Shown here piece after piece: positions 28,268 to 38,734 of a stretch of 64,000 nucleotides of DNA. The notes under the pieces are model-generated. The model saw only the letters and a list, made by a program, of their open reading frames with translations, searched no databases and was not told the DNA's origin. The position numbers and the translations under genes are program-made. The stretch is from contig JAYZQJ010000079.1 in NCBI GenBank assembly GCA_036149055.1, positions 9,669 to 73,668 on the forward strand, in the 5' to 3' direction. The stretch comes from Myxococcota bacterium. Lineage in GTDB: Bacteria; Myxococcota_A; Polyangia; Polyangiales; Sandaracinaceae. How positions within the stretch are numbered: position 1 is the stretch's first letter; each line of letters begins with the position of its first letter.

Positions 28268-30016
28268 ATGAGCACCGAGAAACATGGCGGAGACATCGTC
28301 GCGGACGTCCTCACGCGACACGGCATCCGTCAGATCTTCACCCTCTGCGGCGGGCACATCTCGCCGATCCTCACCGGCGCGAAGGCGCGCGGCATCGACA
28401 TCGTCGACGTGCGCCACGAGGCGAGCGCGGTGTTCGCGGCGGACGCGGTCGCGCGCATGACCGGCGTGCCGGGGGTCGCGGCCGTCACCGCCGGCCCCGG
28501 CGTGACCAACACGCTGACCGCGGTGAAGAACGCGCAGCTGGCGCAGACCCCCTTGCTGATCTTCGGCGGCGCCACCGCGACCCTGCTCAAGGGGCGCGGC
28601 GCGCTGCAGGACATCGACCAGCTCTCGATGGTGAAGTCCGCGGTGAAGTGGGCGACCGCGGTGAGCACCGTGCCCGCGCTCGGGCCGACGGTGCAGAAGG
28701 CCCTCGAGATCGCGCAGAGCGGCGTGCCCGGGCCGGTGTTCGTCGAGGTGCCCGTCGACCTCCTCTACCCGGAGTCGGTGGTCAAGGGCTGGTACATCAG
28801 CGAGAGCGGGGTGGAGAACGCCAAGGGCCTCGGCGCCAAGGCGCTCGAGCTCTACCTCAAGGGCCACCTCTACAAGCAGTTCCACCTGCCCCACGTCGAC
28901 CTCGACCTGCCGGAGGTGCGGCTGCCGCGGCGCAACGACGTGCACGGGCAGATCGACCAGGTCGTCGAGCGGCTGCGGCGCGCGGAGAAGCCGGCGCTCG
29001 TGATCGGCAACCAGACGATGGTGAGCTGCCACGACCCGCGCTCGCTCGCCGACGCGGTCGACAAGCTCGGCATGCCGGTGTGGCTCGGCGGCGCGGCGCG
29101 CGGGCTGCTCGGCCGCGACAGCGACATCCAGTTCCGGCACAAGCGCGGGCGCGCGCTCAAGGAGGCCGACGTCGTCATCGTCTGCGGCTTCCCCTTCGAC
29201 TTCCGCCTCAAGTACGGCCGCAGCATCGGCAGCAAGGCCACGGTGGTGCACGCCAACCTCGCCGAGGACGAGCTGCGCAAGAACCGGCGCCCGGAGATCG
29301 CGGTGCACACCCACCCCGCCGACTTCCTGCGCGGCCTCGCGGAGGCGTTCGGGACCGGGCGCGGGCGCTGGGACAGCTGGATCGCCGCCTGCCGCGAGCG
29401 CGAGCAGAAGCGCGACGACGAGATCGCCGCCCAGGCGACCACCGAAGGGGAGCTCGTCGACCCCATCTACCTCTTCCAGCGCATCGAGGAGAAGATGGCC
29501 GACGACTCGGTCATCGTCGCCGACGGCGGCGACTTCGTGGCCACCGGCGCCTACGTGCTCAAGCCGCGGCGCCCGCTCTCGTGGCTCGATCCGGGCGTCT
29601 ACGGCACCCTCGGGGTCGGAGGCGGCTTCGCGGTCGGCGCCGCCTGCGTTCGCCGCGAGGCCGAGGTCTGGCTCATCTGGGGCGACGGCTCGAGCGCGTA
29701 CAGCCTCGCGGAGTTCGACACCTGCGTGCGTCACGGGCTCGCGCCGATCGCGGTGGTCGGCACCGACGCCTCCTGGCAGCAGATCGCGCGCGACCAGGTG
29801 GAGCTCCTCGGAGACGACGTGGGCACCACCCTTCTGCGCACGCCGTACCACACCGTCGCCGAGGGTTACGGCGGGGTGGGGCTCCTGCTCACGGACGCCT
29901 CGAAGGTGGACGAGACGATCGATGAGGCAAAGCGACTGTCCAAGGAAGGGAAGCCCGTGCTGGTGAACGTTCACCTCGCGGCGAGCGACTTCCGCAAAGG
30001 ATCCATCTCGATCTGA
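28268..30016 (+). CDS. Thiamine-diphosphate enzyme, ILVBL/2-hydroxyacyl-CoA lyase-like
   Basis: [49 protein letters not shown]. Confidence 0.88.
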   Translation: MSTEKHGGDIVADVLTRHGIRQIFTLCGGHISPILTGAKARGIDIVDVRHEASAVFAADAVARMTGVPGVAAVTAGPGVTNTLTAVKNAQLAQTPLLIFGGATATLLKGRGALQDIDQLSMVKSAVKWATAVSTVPALGPTVQKALEIAQSGVPGPVFVEVPVDLLYPESVVKGWYISESGVENAKGLGAKALELYLKGHLYKQFHLPHVDLDLPEVRLPRRNDVHGQIDQVVERLRRAEKPALVIGNQTMVSCHDPRSLADAVDKLGMPVWLGGAARGLLGRDSDIQFRHKRGRALKEADVVIVCGFPFDFRLKYGRSIGSKATVVHANLAEDELRKNRRPEIAVHTHPADFLRGLAEAFGTGRGRWDSWIAACREREQKRDDEIAAQATTEGELVDPIYLFQRIEEKMADDSVIVADGGDFVATGAYVLKPRRPLSWLDPGVYGTLGVGGGFAVGAACVRREAEVWLIWGDGSSAYSLAEFDTCVRHGLAPIAVVGTDASWQQIARDQVELLGDDVGTTLLRTPYHTVAEGYGGVGLLLTDASKVDETIDEAKRLSKEGKPVLVNVHLAASDFRKGSISI

Positions 30017-30129
30017 GACGGCGTGCGCTTCCGCTGCGCCCTTCGGTCGCGGCTGCGCAAAACCTTCGTCGCGCCGGCTCCAGCGGCCACGCGGCGGGGG
30101 CTGGCCCTCCTCTTGCTCCCAGTTGGGGC

Positions 30130-30393
30130 ATGCAGGATGCGGTCAGCACGCCGGACAGCGAGGGGGAACGTCCGGACACCGTGCAGTTCCTCTGCGAGCG
30201 CGCTCAGAGACGCGCGCGCCGCGTCAGCGAGCAGTGCATGCGCACCGTCTCGACGTTCCGTGCGCCGGCCCCGGGGCCGGTCGAGCACGTCGATCCGAGG
30301 CGGCTCGCGCGCCTGCACGAGGCCCCGCGCGACGTCCCGAACGAGGACCGGTACGCGCAGGACCTCGCGACGCGGGTGGGGCGCTGGGGGTAA
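30130..30393 (+). CDS. Small hypothetical protein
   Basis: 87-aa ORF filling an intergenic gap; no motif. Confidence 0.35.
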   Translation: MQDAVSTPDSEGERPDTVQFLCERAQRRARRVSEQCMRTVSTFRAPAPGPVEHVDPRRLARLHEAPRDVPNEDRYAQDLATRVGRWG

Positions 30394-30435
30394 TCGGGGA
30401 GGGGAGCTCCCAGCGCCCCCGGTCGGGAACGAGGG

Positions 30436-31278
30436 TCACAGCACGAGCGAGGCGTAGCCGACGAAGCTCTCGTCGGGGCGCACGTCGAAGCTGAGGTAGT
30501 GATCGACGAGCACCGGCGTCAGGCCGCCTTCGAAGGCGCGCACCGCCTCCATCGTGGCGACCGCCGCGCCGGGACAGCACGCGCTTCGGTGCTCGACGCC
30601 ATGGCTCAGCGCCATCTCTGCGTCGGCGCCGAGCACCGCGTCGAGGAAGCCGCGGTCGTTCTGGCTGCGCACCCACTCGACCGCGTCCGGCCCGCGACCG
30701 CGCGGCGCGAAGGCGTAGTTGGGTCCGTAGTGGGTGAGGTCCGTGGATCCCACGAACACGGGATCCTCCCCCGCCTCGCGGAGCCGCCCGCCCACGTGCC
30801 GTCCGATCTCGAGCGCGACCTTCGCCATCGCGATGCCCATCATGATCATCGGGGTACCCGGGAAGTGGTGGGCGACGAACGGCAGGTGCAGCTCGACCGC
30901 GTTGTCCGGGCGCAGCGGCTGCACCGGCTCCTCGTCCAGCGACAGCTCGGCGGCGAGCGTCTCCGCCAGCGGGTGGGTCGGGATGCGGCCGAGCGGGGTC
31001 TCCCAGCCGTCCCCCACGAACGCGGTGTTCGGCCCCTCCGGGCCGCGGTGCGAGCCGAAGAGTACCACCACCGAGGGGCTCGGGTGCGCGGCCGCGAGCC
31101 AGCGATAGCCCCGCCCCGCGCAGTCGCCGGAGAAGGCCCACCCGGCGTGGGGCGCCAGCAACCCACGTTGCGCCGCCACCTTCGGCTCGGCGTCGGCGCC
31201 GTAGCGTCCGACCGCGTCGCGGCAGGCGCCGGGGTCTCTCGGGTACCATCTTCCTGCGAGCTGGGCGGGGCGATCCAT
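30436..31278 (-). CDS. amrB: AmmeMemoRadiSam system protein B (MEMO1 family)
   Basis: AGRWYP, PHAGWAFSG, WETPLG, ELHLPF, STDLTHYG, SFVGYAS. Confidence 0.88.
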   Translation of the reverse strand: MDRPAQLAGRWYPRDPGACRDAVGRYGADAEPKVAAQRGLLAPHAGWAFSGDCAGRGYRWLAAAHPSPSVVVLFGSHRGPEGPNTAFVGDGWETPLGRIPTHPLAETLAAELSLDEEPVQPLRPDNAVELHLPFVAHHFPGTPMIMMGIAMAKVALEIGRHVGGRLREAGEDPVFVGSTDLTHYGPNYAFAPRGRGPDAVEWVRSQNDRGFLDAVLGADAEMALSHGVEHRSACCPGAAVATMEAVRAFEGGLTPVLVDHYLSFDVRPDESFVGYASLVL

Positions 31279-31470
31279 GCGGAACAAGCTATTCACGGTG
31301 GCGGTGATGACCAAGCTCGCGCTCCTCGCGCCGGGCTGCATCGAGGTCGATCCGACCCTCGACGGCGCGGCCCGCGACGCGGGGCCGAGCGACGCGAGCA
31401 CGACGGGGGCGGAGGAGGGGCTCCGGGCGGAGGACGGGGCGGAGGAGTGAACGGAGAGGCGGGGGCGGAT

Positions 31471-31613
<143 letters not shown>

Positions 31614-31640
31614 ACGCTCTGCAGCGTGCTTTGCACGCTG

Positions 31641-32720
31641 CTAGAGCGTCAGGGCAAAACCGACACGCAACGCCGTCGCCAACCCCGTCGTCGCCACCAC
31701 CGGCTCCGGGCCGGCGAGGCCGCGGTGGCCCAGCAGGGTGACGCCCAGGTCCAGGTCTCCGAAGATCGCGAAGCGCTCGGACGGAGACACGGCCACGCGC
31801 GCGGTGGCGGCGAGGGCGACGCTCGCGCCCTGTCCTCGGCGGGTGCTTCCTTCGGTGGGGCGGCCGGCGAGGGTCGCGTAGCCGACGTCGACGCGCACGC
31901 CGGGCGCGAGCGCGAGCCAGGGGGTCGGCTCGAGGCGAACGGCGGCGAGCAGGCCCGCGGTCAGGAGCCAGAGCTCGGCCTGCCCGCTCGGGTGGTCGCC
32001 CGACGCGAAGCTCGCGCCCACGTCGAGGCCGAAGCGGAGCGGGCGCGGGAGATCGAAGACCGCCCCGACCCGGGCCCCGAGCGGCCAGGTCCCCGACTCC
32101 GGGAAGCCGCGGGCCTCGAAGGCGATCCAGAAGGCGCCGAGCCGCTCGGGCGGGGGCGGCGGCGCCTGCGGCTCGGGCGGGGGCGGAGACGGCAGGGGCA
32201 CCACGAGGCTCCGGGTGGCCGGCGGGCGGGCGGGCTCGGCCGAGGGAGCCTCGGGGGTGGGCGTGGCCGGGCGCCCGGTCTCCCGCTCCCGCTCCGCGAT
32301 CAGGTGCTGGAGCCGGGCCTGCTCGGCCGCGGCGACCGCCATCGTGCGGGGGCGCATCTCGGCGGCGAGCTCGGTCATGTCGACCGACTGATGCACGCTC
32401 GGGCCCCCGGCGGCCGCGACCACCACGAGCACCGTGCCCGTCTCCCCGCAGCCGGCGCGGAAGTGCACGATCAGCGGCGCCTCGGGCGCCGTCTCCTCGG
32501 GGCCGAGGGTCACGACGGTCACCTCCTCGATGCCGGCGAGGCCGAGCTCGAGGCGGAGCAGGCGGGCGAAGCGGGGGCCGCCGAACGGCGGGTCGCAGCG
32601 CGGCACGAGCACGGTGGCCGCGCGCGCGGGGGCCTCCGCCTGGGCCAGTGCCGAGGTGTGCGAGAGGAGCGCGGCTACGGCGAGGAGGCCGGCGCCCAGT
32701 GCGTGACTTGTTCCGCCCAA
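31641..32720 (-). CDS. Exported protein with probable C-terminal outer-membrane beta-barrel
   Basis: Signal peptide ending ALAQ; Pro-rich linker; amphipathic beta strands ending RVGFALTL. Confidence 0.7.
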   Translation of the reverse strand: MGGTSHALGAGLLAVAALLSHTSALAQAEAPARAATVLVPRCDPPFGGPRFARLLRLELGLAGIEEVTVVTLGPEETAPEAPLIVHFRAGCGETGTVLVVVAAAGGPSVHQSVDMTELAAEMRPRTMAVAAAEQARLQHLIAERERETGRPATPTPEAPSAEPARPPATRSLVVPLPSPPPPEPQAPPPPPERLGAFWIAFEARGFPESGTWPLGARVGAVFDLPRPLRFGLDVGASFASGDHPSGQAELWLLTAGLLAAVRLEPTPWLALAPGVRVDVGYATLAGRPTEGSTRRGQGASVALAATARVAVSPSERFAIFGDLDLGVTLLGHRGLAGPEPVVATTGLATALRVGFALTL

Positions 32721-33916
32721 CGTCCGTCCGGGTGGCGGTCATGATACTCGGCGGCCGCCGCGCGCGCCTCCGTGGCCCGGCCCGCCCGGGTCAGCGCCTC
32801 GACCCGCATCGCGCGTGCGTCCTCCGCGAGCGCGCCGGGCAGGCCGAGCGCGAGGGCGCGGGCGAGCGCCTCGGCCGCCTCCGCCGGCTGGTCCAGGCGC
32901 CGCAGCGCGAGCCGGCCGAGGGTGACCGCGGCCATCGCGCTCCGGGCGTCCCGAGGGTGCTCCGCGAGGAGGCGGCGCAGCGCCGCGGCCGCGTCCGAGG
33001 GATCGCCCCCGGCGCGCGCGGCGTCGGCCCGCTCCCAGAGCGCGTCGGCGCTCGGGCCCCGAGGCCGCCGCGTGGAGGGGCGCGGCGGCGCGGGCTCCGC
33101 CTCGACGAGCGCCTGCTCGGCGTGGACGGGCGTCGCCTCGTCCGCCGCCGCCTCGTCCGCGGCCGCCTCGTCCGCCGCCGCCTCGTCCGCGGCCGCCTCG
33201 TTCGCCGCCGCCTCGTCCGCCGCCGCCTCGTCCGCGGCCGCCTCGTCCGCCGCCGCCTCGTCCGCCGCCGGCTCGTCGACCATCGTGCCTTCGCGCGGCG
33301 CGTCGGCCGCCTCTCCGGCGAGGGCCAGGGGCTCCGTGTCGCCCACCCGGACCGACTCTCCGGCCGTCAGCCGGGTCACGCCGTCGTCCAGGTCCTCGTG
33401 GCGGACCAGGACCACCCCGCGCTCGACCTCGACGTCCACCCGGTCGCCGTCGCGCCGGACCGTGAACACGGTGCCGACGACCTCGACCCGGGCGCCGGCC
33501 TCGATCACCCAGCGCCGGGGCCCGCCCGGGGTCACCTCGAAGCGGGCGACGCCGTGGGCCAGCCGGAGCGCGACCCGCTGACCCGAGCTCTCGAGCACCT
33601 CGAGGTCGGCGTCGGCGCCGAGCTGCAGGCGCGAGCCGTCGGACAGGTCGACCACCGGGCCCTCGACGCGATCGAAGGCGCCGCCGTCGACGAGGGTCAG
33701 CGCCTCGGGCGCGTCCTCCCGCCCGAGCACGAAGAGGGCGACCGCGGCGGCGGCGGCGAGCGCGCCGGCGACCTTCCAGCCGGCCCGACGAGGGGGCGAG
33801 GTGCGGCGCCGGGCCGCGATCGCGCGCCAGTTGTCGTTCAGGCGCGCCTCGTCGACCGCGTCCTCGGTGAGCGCGCGCAGCGTCGGCGTCTCTCGGTCAG
33901 GGCTCACGTCGTCCAT
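32675..33916 (-). CDS. FecR-family anti-sigma factor with acidic repeat linker and TPR-like C-terminus
   Basis: TM helix; LSDGSRLQL, VEVVGTVFTV, VERGVV FecR motifs; helical C-terminus ending YHDRHPDG. Confidence 0.85.
   Translation of the reverse strand: MDDVSPDRETPTLRALTEDAVDEARLNDNWRAIAARRRTSPPRRAGWKVAGALAAAAAVALFVLGREDAPEALTLVDGGAFDRVEGPVVDLSDGSRLQLGADADLEVLESSGQRVALRLAHGVARFEVTPGGPRRWVIEAGARVEVVGTVFTVRRDGDRVDVEVERGVVLVRHEDLDDGVTRLTAGESVRVGDTEPLALAGEAADAPREGTMVDEPAADEAAADEAAADEAAADEAAANEAAADEAAADEAAADEAAADEATPVHAEQALVEAEPAPPRPSTRRPRGPSADALWERADAARAGGDPSDAAAALRRLLAEHPRDARSAMAAVTLGRLALRRLDQPAEAAEALARALALGLPGALAEDARAMRVEALTRAGRATEARAAAAEYHDRHPDGRWAEQVTHWAPASSP
33135..33277 (-). repeat. 15-bp coding tandem repeat (ADEAA, about 10 units) inside fecR
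   Basis: GCCTCGTCCGC(C/G)GCC units. Confidence 0.9.
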
Positions 33917-34530
33917 CCTCTCCCCGAGCGCGCGACGTCGATCGCGCTGTCCGCGGCGCTCAGGCGTCGCTTCATCGTCGCGGTGGAGCAGTCGACCGCG
34001 TCGGCGGTCTCGCGGATCGACCAGCCCTCGACGCGGTGGAGGAGCCAGACCAGGCGCTGCTCCACCGGCAGGGTCGCCAGGATGCGATCCAGCTCTGCCA
34101 GCTCCGCCCGCAGATCCGGGCGCGTCCCGTCGACCGCCCGGGCCGCGAAGCCCGCGTCGTCGACCCCGCGGTCGAGGTGCACCAGCTGCAGCAGCTTGCG
34201 GCGCCGGAGATGCCGTCGGACCTCGTTCAGCGCGATCCGCGAGACCCACGCCCGGAACGCGCTCCCCGCCCGGAGCGTCTCGAGCCGCCCGAAGGCGATG
34301 ACGAAGGTGTCCTGCACGATGTCGTCGGCGTCCGCGTGCCGACCGACCAGGCGCACGACGGCGGAGGTCACCGCGGCCGCGTGGCGACGATAGAGCGCCT
34401 CCTCGGCCCAGCGATCGCCGCCCCGGGCGCGCTCCACGAGCGTTTCGTCATCGATACCCTCGGCCACCGCGGCGGGCCTCCCTTCGCGGGAGACCAGCGC
34501 GAGCATCCTCGGGCGCTCAGGGTCGGTCAC
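33904..34530 (-). CDS. ECF RNA polymerase sigma factor
   Basis: DADDIVQDTF, FRAWVSRIALN, LPVEQRLVWLL..EG.S..ETA. Confidence 0.92.
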   Translation of the reverse strand: MTDPERPRMLALVSREGRPAAVAEGIDDETLVERARGGDRWAEEALYRRHAAAVTSAVVRLVGRHADADDIVQDTFVIAFGRLETLRAGSAFRAWVSRIALNEVRRHLRRRKLLQLVHLDRGVDDAGFAARAVDGTRPDLRAELAELDRILATLPVEQRLVWLLHRVEGWSIRETADAVDCSTATMKRRLSAADSAIDVARSGRGWTT

Positions 34531-34538
34531 GACGTCAG

Positions 34539-34566
34539 GATGCGCGGCGGCGCGCGAAATGGCTCA
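34539..34566 (-). promoter_or_regulatory. Putative ECF promoter for the sigma/fecR operon (TGAGCC-N16-CGCATC)
   Basis: Same motif and spacing as the divergent copy; ends 8 nt before the GTG start. Confidence 0.65.
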
Positions 34567-34578
34567 TATTCTCGAAAG

Positions 34579-34606
34579 TGAGCCAGCCCCGGCCCATCGC
34601 CGCCTC
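34579..34606 (+). promoter_or_regulatory. Putative ECF promoter for the lipoprotein operon (TGAGCC-N16-CGCCTC)
   Basis: Mirror copy of the minus-strand motif; ends 10 nt before ATG 34617. Confidence 0.65.
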
Positions 34607-34616
34607 CTCCCCTCGG

Positions 34617-36575
34617 ATGCTCAGGACTCTCCTCCTCGCCCTGCTGCTGGGCGGCTGCGCGGTCGATCACGACCTGCTGGCGGTCGACGCCGGGCGCGGG
34701 GACGCGGGCCCGATGGCCGACTCGGACGGAGACGGGATCCGCGACCTCGACGAGGGCGCGCCCGAGCGGGACACCGACGGCGACGGCACCCCCGACTTCC
34801 TGGACCTCGACAGCGACGACGACGGCATCCCCGACGCGCGCGAGGCCGGGGACGACCGCCTCGCCACCCCGCCGCGGGACTCCGACTACGACGGCGAGCC
34901 GGACTTCGTCGACCTCGACAGCGACGACAACGGCATGCCGGACGCGGTCGAAGGGGAGGGCGACTACGACCTCGACGGGGTCCCGAACTACGCCGACCTC
35001 GACGACGACAACGACCTGGTGCTCGACCGGGTGGAGCTCGACGGCGTGCTCGACCCGCCGATCGACTCGGACGGCGACGGCCGGCCGAACTTCCGCGACA
35101 ACGACAGCGACAACGACCGCATCCTCGACGGCGACGAGCACGGCGCCGACACCGACGGCGACAGCCTCGACGACTCCGAGGACCTCGACTCCGACGGCGA
35201 CGGGATCTCGGACATGCGCGAGGCGGGAGACGACGATCTCTTCTCGCCGCCGTTCGACACCGACGGCGACGGCATCCCCGACTTCCGCGACCTCGACAGC
35301 GACGCCGACGGGCTGACCGACCTCAGCGAGGTCGAGCGCGGCACCAGCCCGACCGACGCCGACACCGACGGCGACGGAGTCTCCGATCTCATCGAGCGCG
35401 CGGCGGGCACGGACCCGAACGACCCGCGCGTCAGCCCGCTCACCCGCGGCGACTTCGTGTTCGTCGTCGACTACATGGCGGAGCCCGATCCCCCGGTCGA
35501 CACCCTCGAGTTCCGGACGAGCATCCAGTTCGCCGATCTCTACTTCCTCTTCGACGTGACCTCGTCGATGCGGACCGAGCTGTCGACTCTGCGCGCCGCG
35601 ACCACGAGCCTCCTCTCGAACCTCACCTGCAACGAGACCGGCTTCTCCTGCGACACCGACGCCGACTGCGCGGCGGGGCTCGTGTGCAGCCTGACCGGGA
35701 GCTGCACCGAGGACCCCACGCGCGGCTCGTGCATCGCCAGCCCCTGGAGCGGCGGCGGCTACTTCACGTCCACCTTCGTCAACCTCCTGCCCCTGCAGGC
35801 GGTGCCGGAGGCGACCCGGGCGGCGCTCGAGACGACGGCGACCGGCTCGGTGGAGGAGCTCTTCGGCGCGGCCTGGTCGGTCGTCGACCCCGGGGGCTCG
35901 CCGGGGAGCGAGTCGGGCTGCGTGAGCGGCGCCGCCAGGCTGGGCTGCGTGGGCTTCCGGCCGCAGGCGGTGAAGATCCTGGTGGCCTTCACCGACGAGG
36001 ACAGCGACGGCCTGGTGACCGCGACCCAGGCCGGGCGCGCGCTCCGCGACGCGGGGGTCACCCTGCTCGGGGTGTGGAGCGGGGACCCGGCGAGCGCCGA
36101 GCGCGCCGACCTCGAGGCGCTGGCCCGGGAGAGCGGCTCCCTCGACGCCAGGGGCGCGCCGCTGGTGTTCGACGGCCGGGACGCGGCGGTGGTGCCGGCG
36201 GTGGCCGACGCCATCCAGGAGCTCGTGCGCGGGGTCCCGCTGCGGGTGCGCATCGAGGCGAGCGAGGAGGACGGCGACGACGGCGACGCGCTCCAGTTCA
36301 TCGACCACCTCGAGGTCAACGTCGGCGGCGGAGCCTGTTCGGCCGTGGCTCCGGTGGAGGACGGCGACGGCGACGGGCGCCCCGACGTGTTCGGGGCCCT
36401 GGTGCCCGGCACGCCGGTCTGCTGGGACGTGCATCCGGCCCGCAACGACGCGGTGCCGCGGCAGATCGAGCCCCAGGTGTTCCGGGCGAGGCTCACCGTC
36501 TACGGCGACGACTCTCCGCTGGACTCGCGCATCGTCTACTTCCTGATCCCGCCGCGCATCGCGCTCCCGGGGTGA
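34617..36575 (+). CDS. Lipoprotein with thrombospondin-3-like Ca-binding repeats and VWA-like domain
   Basis: Lipobox LGGC; many DxDGDGxPDxxDLDSDxDG repeats; DLYFLFDVTSSM MIDAS-like motif. Confidence 0.85.
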   Translation: MLRTLLLALLLGGCAVDHDLLAVDAGRGDAGPMADSDGDGIRDLDEGAPERDTDGDGTPDFLDLDSDDDGIPDAREAGDDRLATPPRDSDYDGEPDFVDLDSDDNGMPDAVEGEGDYDLDGVPNYADLDDDNDLVLDRVELDGVLDPPIDSDGDGRPNFRDNDSDNDRILDGDEHGADTDGDSLDDSEDLDSDGDGISDMREAGDDDLFSPPFDTDGDGIPDFRDLDSDADGLTDLSEVERGTSPTDADTDGDGVSDLIERAAGTDPNDPRVSPLTRGDFVFVVDYMAEPDPPVDTLEFRTSIQFADLYFLFDVTSSMRTELSTLRAATTSLLSNLTCNETGFSCDTDADCAAGLVCSLTGSCTEDPTRGSCIASPWSGGGYFTSTFVNLLPLQAVPEATRAALETTATGSVEELFGAAWSVVDPGGSPGSESGCVSGAARLGCVGFRPQAVKILVAFTDEDSDGLVTATQAGRALRDAGVTLLGVWSGDPASAERADLEALARESGSLDARGAPLVFDGRDAAVVPAVADAIQELVRGVPLRVRIEASEEDGDDGDALQFIDHLEVNVGGGACSAVAPVEDGDGDGRPDVFGALVPGTPVCWDVHPARNDAVPRQIEPQVFRARLTVYGDDSPLDSRIVYFLIPPRIALPG

Positions 36576-36608
36576 CGGTGACCGATCGGTGCGTCATGGT
36601 GACGGCCG

Positions 36609-37796
36609 ATGTCTCTCCCTCGCGGCGCGCTCGCTTGCCTCGCGGCGCTCGTCGTCGGCTGCGTGGACGCCCCCGACACCGAGCCCGCGCCGCTCGACGC
36701 AGGCTGGCCCGACGCGCGGCCGGTGACCCACGGCGCCGTGGTGGTCGGCGCGGTCCGCTACGAGGATCGCGTCTTCGACGAGGGCGGCTTCACCGGGGCG
36801 CTCGAGGCCCGGCCCGCGCGGCGGGTGCGCGTGCAGCTCTGGCGCGACGACGCGCTGCTCGCGGAGGGCTTCACGGAGGACGACGGCGGCTTCGTGCTGC
36901 CGCTGGGGGACGAGACGCGCGCCGACGAGACCCTGCGGGTGGTGGCGCGGGCCGAGGCGGCCTACGAGGGGCACACGGTGCGGGTCGCCGACCGGGCGCG
37001 CGCCGCCTCGGTGTACGCGCTCGAGGCCGAGGGGAGGGCGGACGCGCGCTTCGAGCTGATCGCGCGCGCCGACGACGTGGGGGGCGCCTTCAACGTGGTC
37101 GACGTCTCGGTCGACGCCTTCGCGCTCTACGCGCCTCACGTGGCCGCGCCCGCGCCGACGCTCACCTACCGCTGGGAGCGGGGGCGCGCGTACGACTGCG
37201 GCTCCTGCTACGGGGACGACGAGATCAGCCTCGGCGGCGGCTTCGACGACACCGACGAGTACGACGACGACATCGTGCTGCACGAGCTCGGTCACTACTT
37301 CGTCGACCACTACGGCCGGGACACCTCGCCGGCGGGGGCGCACCGGGACCGTCAGGTCGAGCCGGAGCTCGCCTACGGCGAGGGCCTCGCCTACTTCTTC
37401 GCGGCGATGGTCACCGGCCGGCCGATCATCGTCGACACCTTCCGCGGCTCGAACCGGGTGATCGACCTCGAGCGGCTGCTCCAGAACGGCGAGGCCAAGT
37501 CGGACTTCCGAGGGGTGACCGCGGACGGCCGGCTCCGCGAGGAGATCGTGGCCGGCGTGCTCTGGGACGCCTACGACGCCGACAGCGCCGAGGAGCCCTT
37601 CGACCGGGTGGCGATCGGCCGGGACGGAATGATGCGGGTGCTGGTCGACCACTTCGGCGCGGACCGCGTCTGGCGCTCGATCGTGCTCGACGACTTCCTG
37701 GAGGCGCTGGTCTGCGTGGCCGGCGTGCCGGAGGACGACGCGGAGGCGCTGGCCGCGGATCGGGCCTACCCGTGGTCCCCAGCCGGGTGTCCGTGA
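36609..37796 (+). CDS. Lipoprotein zinc metallopeptidase
   Basis: Lipobox VVGC; VLHELGH (HExxH) plus downstream AYGEGLA. Confidence 0.75.
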   Translation: MSLPRGALACLAALVVGCVDAPDTEPAPLDAGWPDARPVTHGAVVVGAVRYEDRVFDEGGFTGALEARPARRVRVQLWRDDALLAEGFTEDDGGFVLPLGDETRADETLRVVARAEAAYEGHTVRVADRARAASVYALEAEGRADARFELIARADDVGGAFNVVDVSVDAFALYAPHVAAPAPTLTYRWERGRAYDCGSCYGDDEISLGGGFDDTDEYDDDIVLHELGHYFVDHYGRDTSPAGAHRDRQVEPELAYGEGLAYFFAAMVTGRPIIVDTFRGSNRVIDLERLLQNGEAKSDFRGVTADGRLREEIVAGVLWDAYDADSAEEPFDRVAIGRDGMMRVLVDHFGADRVWRSIVLDDFLEALVCVAGVPEDDAEALAADRAYPWSPAGCP

Positions 37797-37822
37797 GAGG
37801 GTTTCGTGGTACGGCCCCGTCG

Positions 37823-38689
<867 letters not shown>

Positions 38690-38734
38690 TACCCTCCTGG
38701 CTCGCGGCGGCGCCGCGCACGAGGATGGAGAGGG

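Noticed and set aside
34720..35430. Asp-rich DNA repeats as a DGR, CRISPR or mobile repeat
   Set aside because: Explained by TSP3-like protein repeats; no reverse transcriptase in the window
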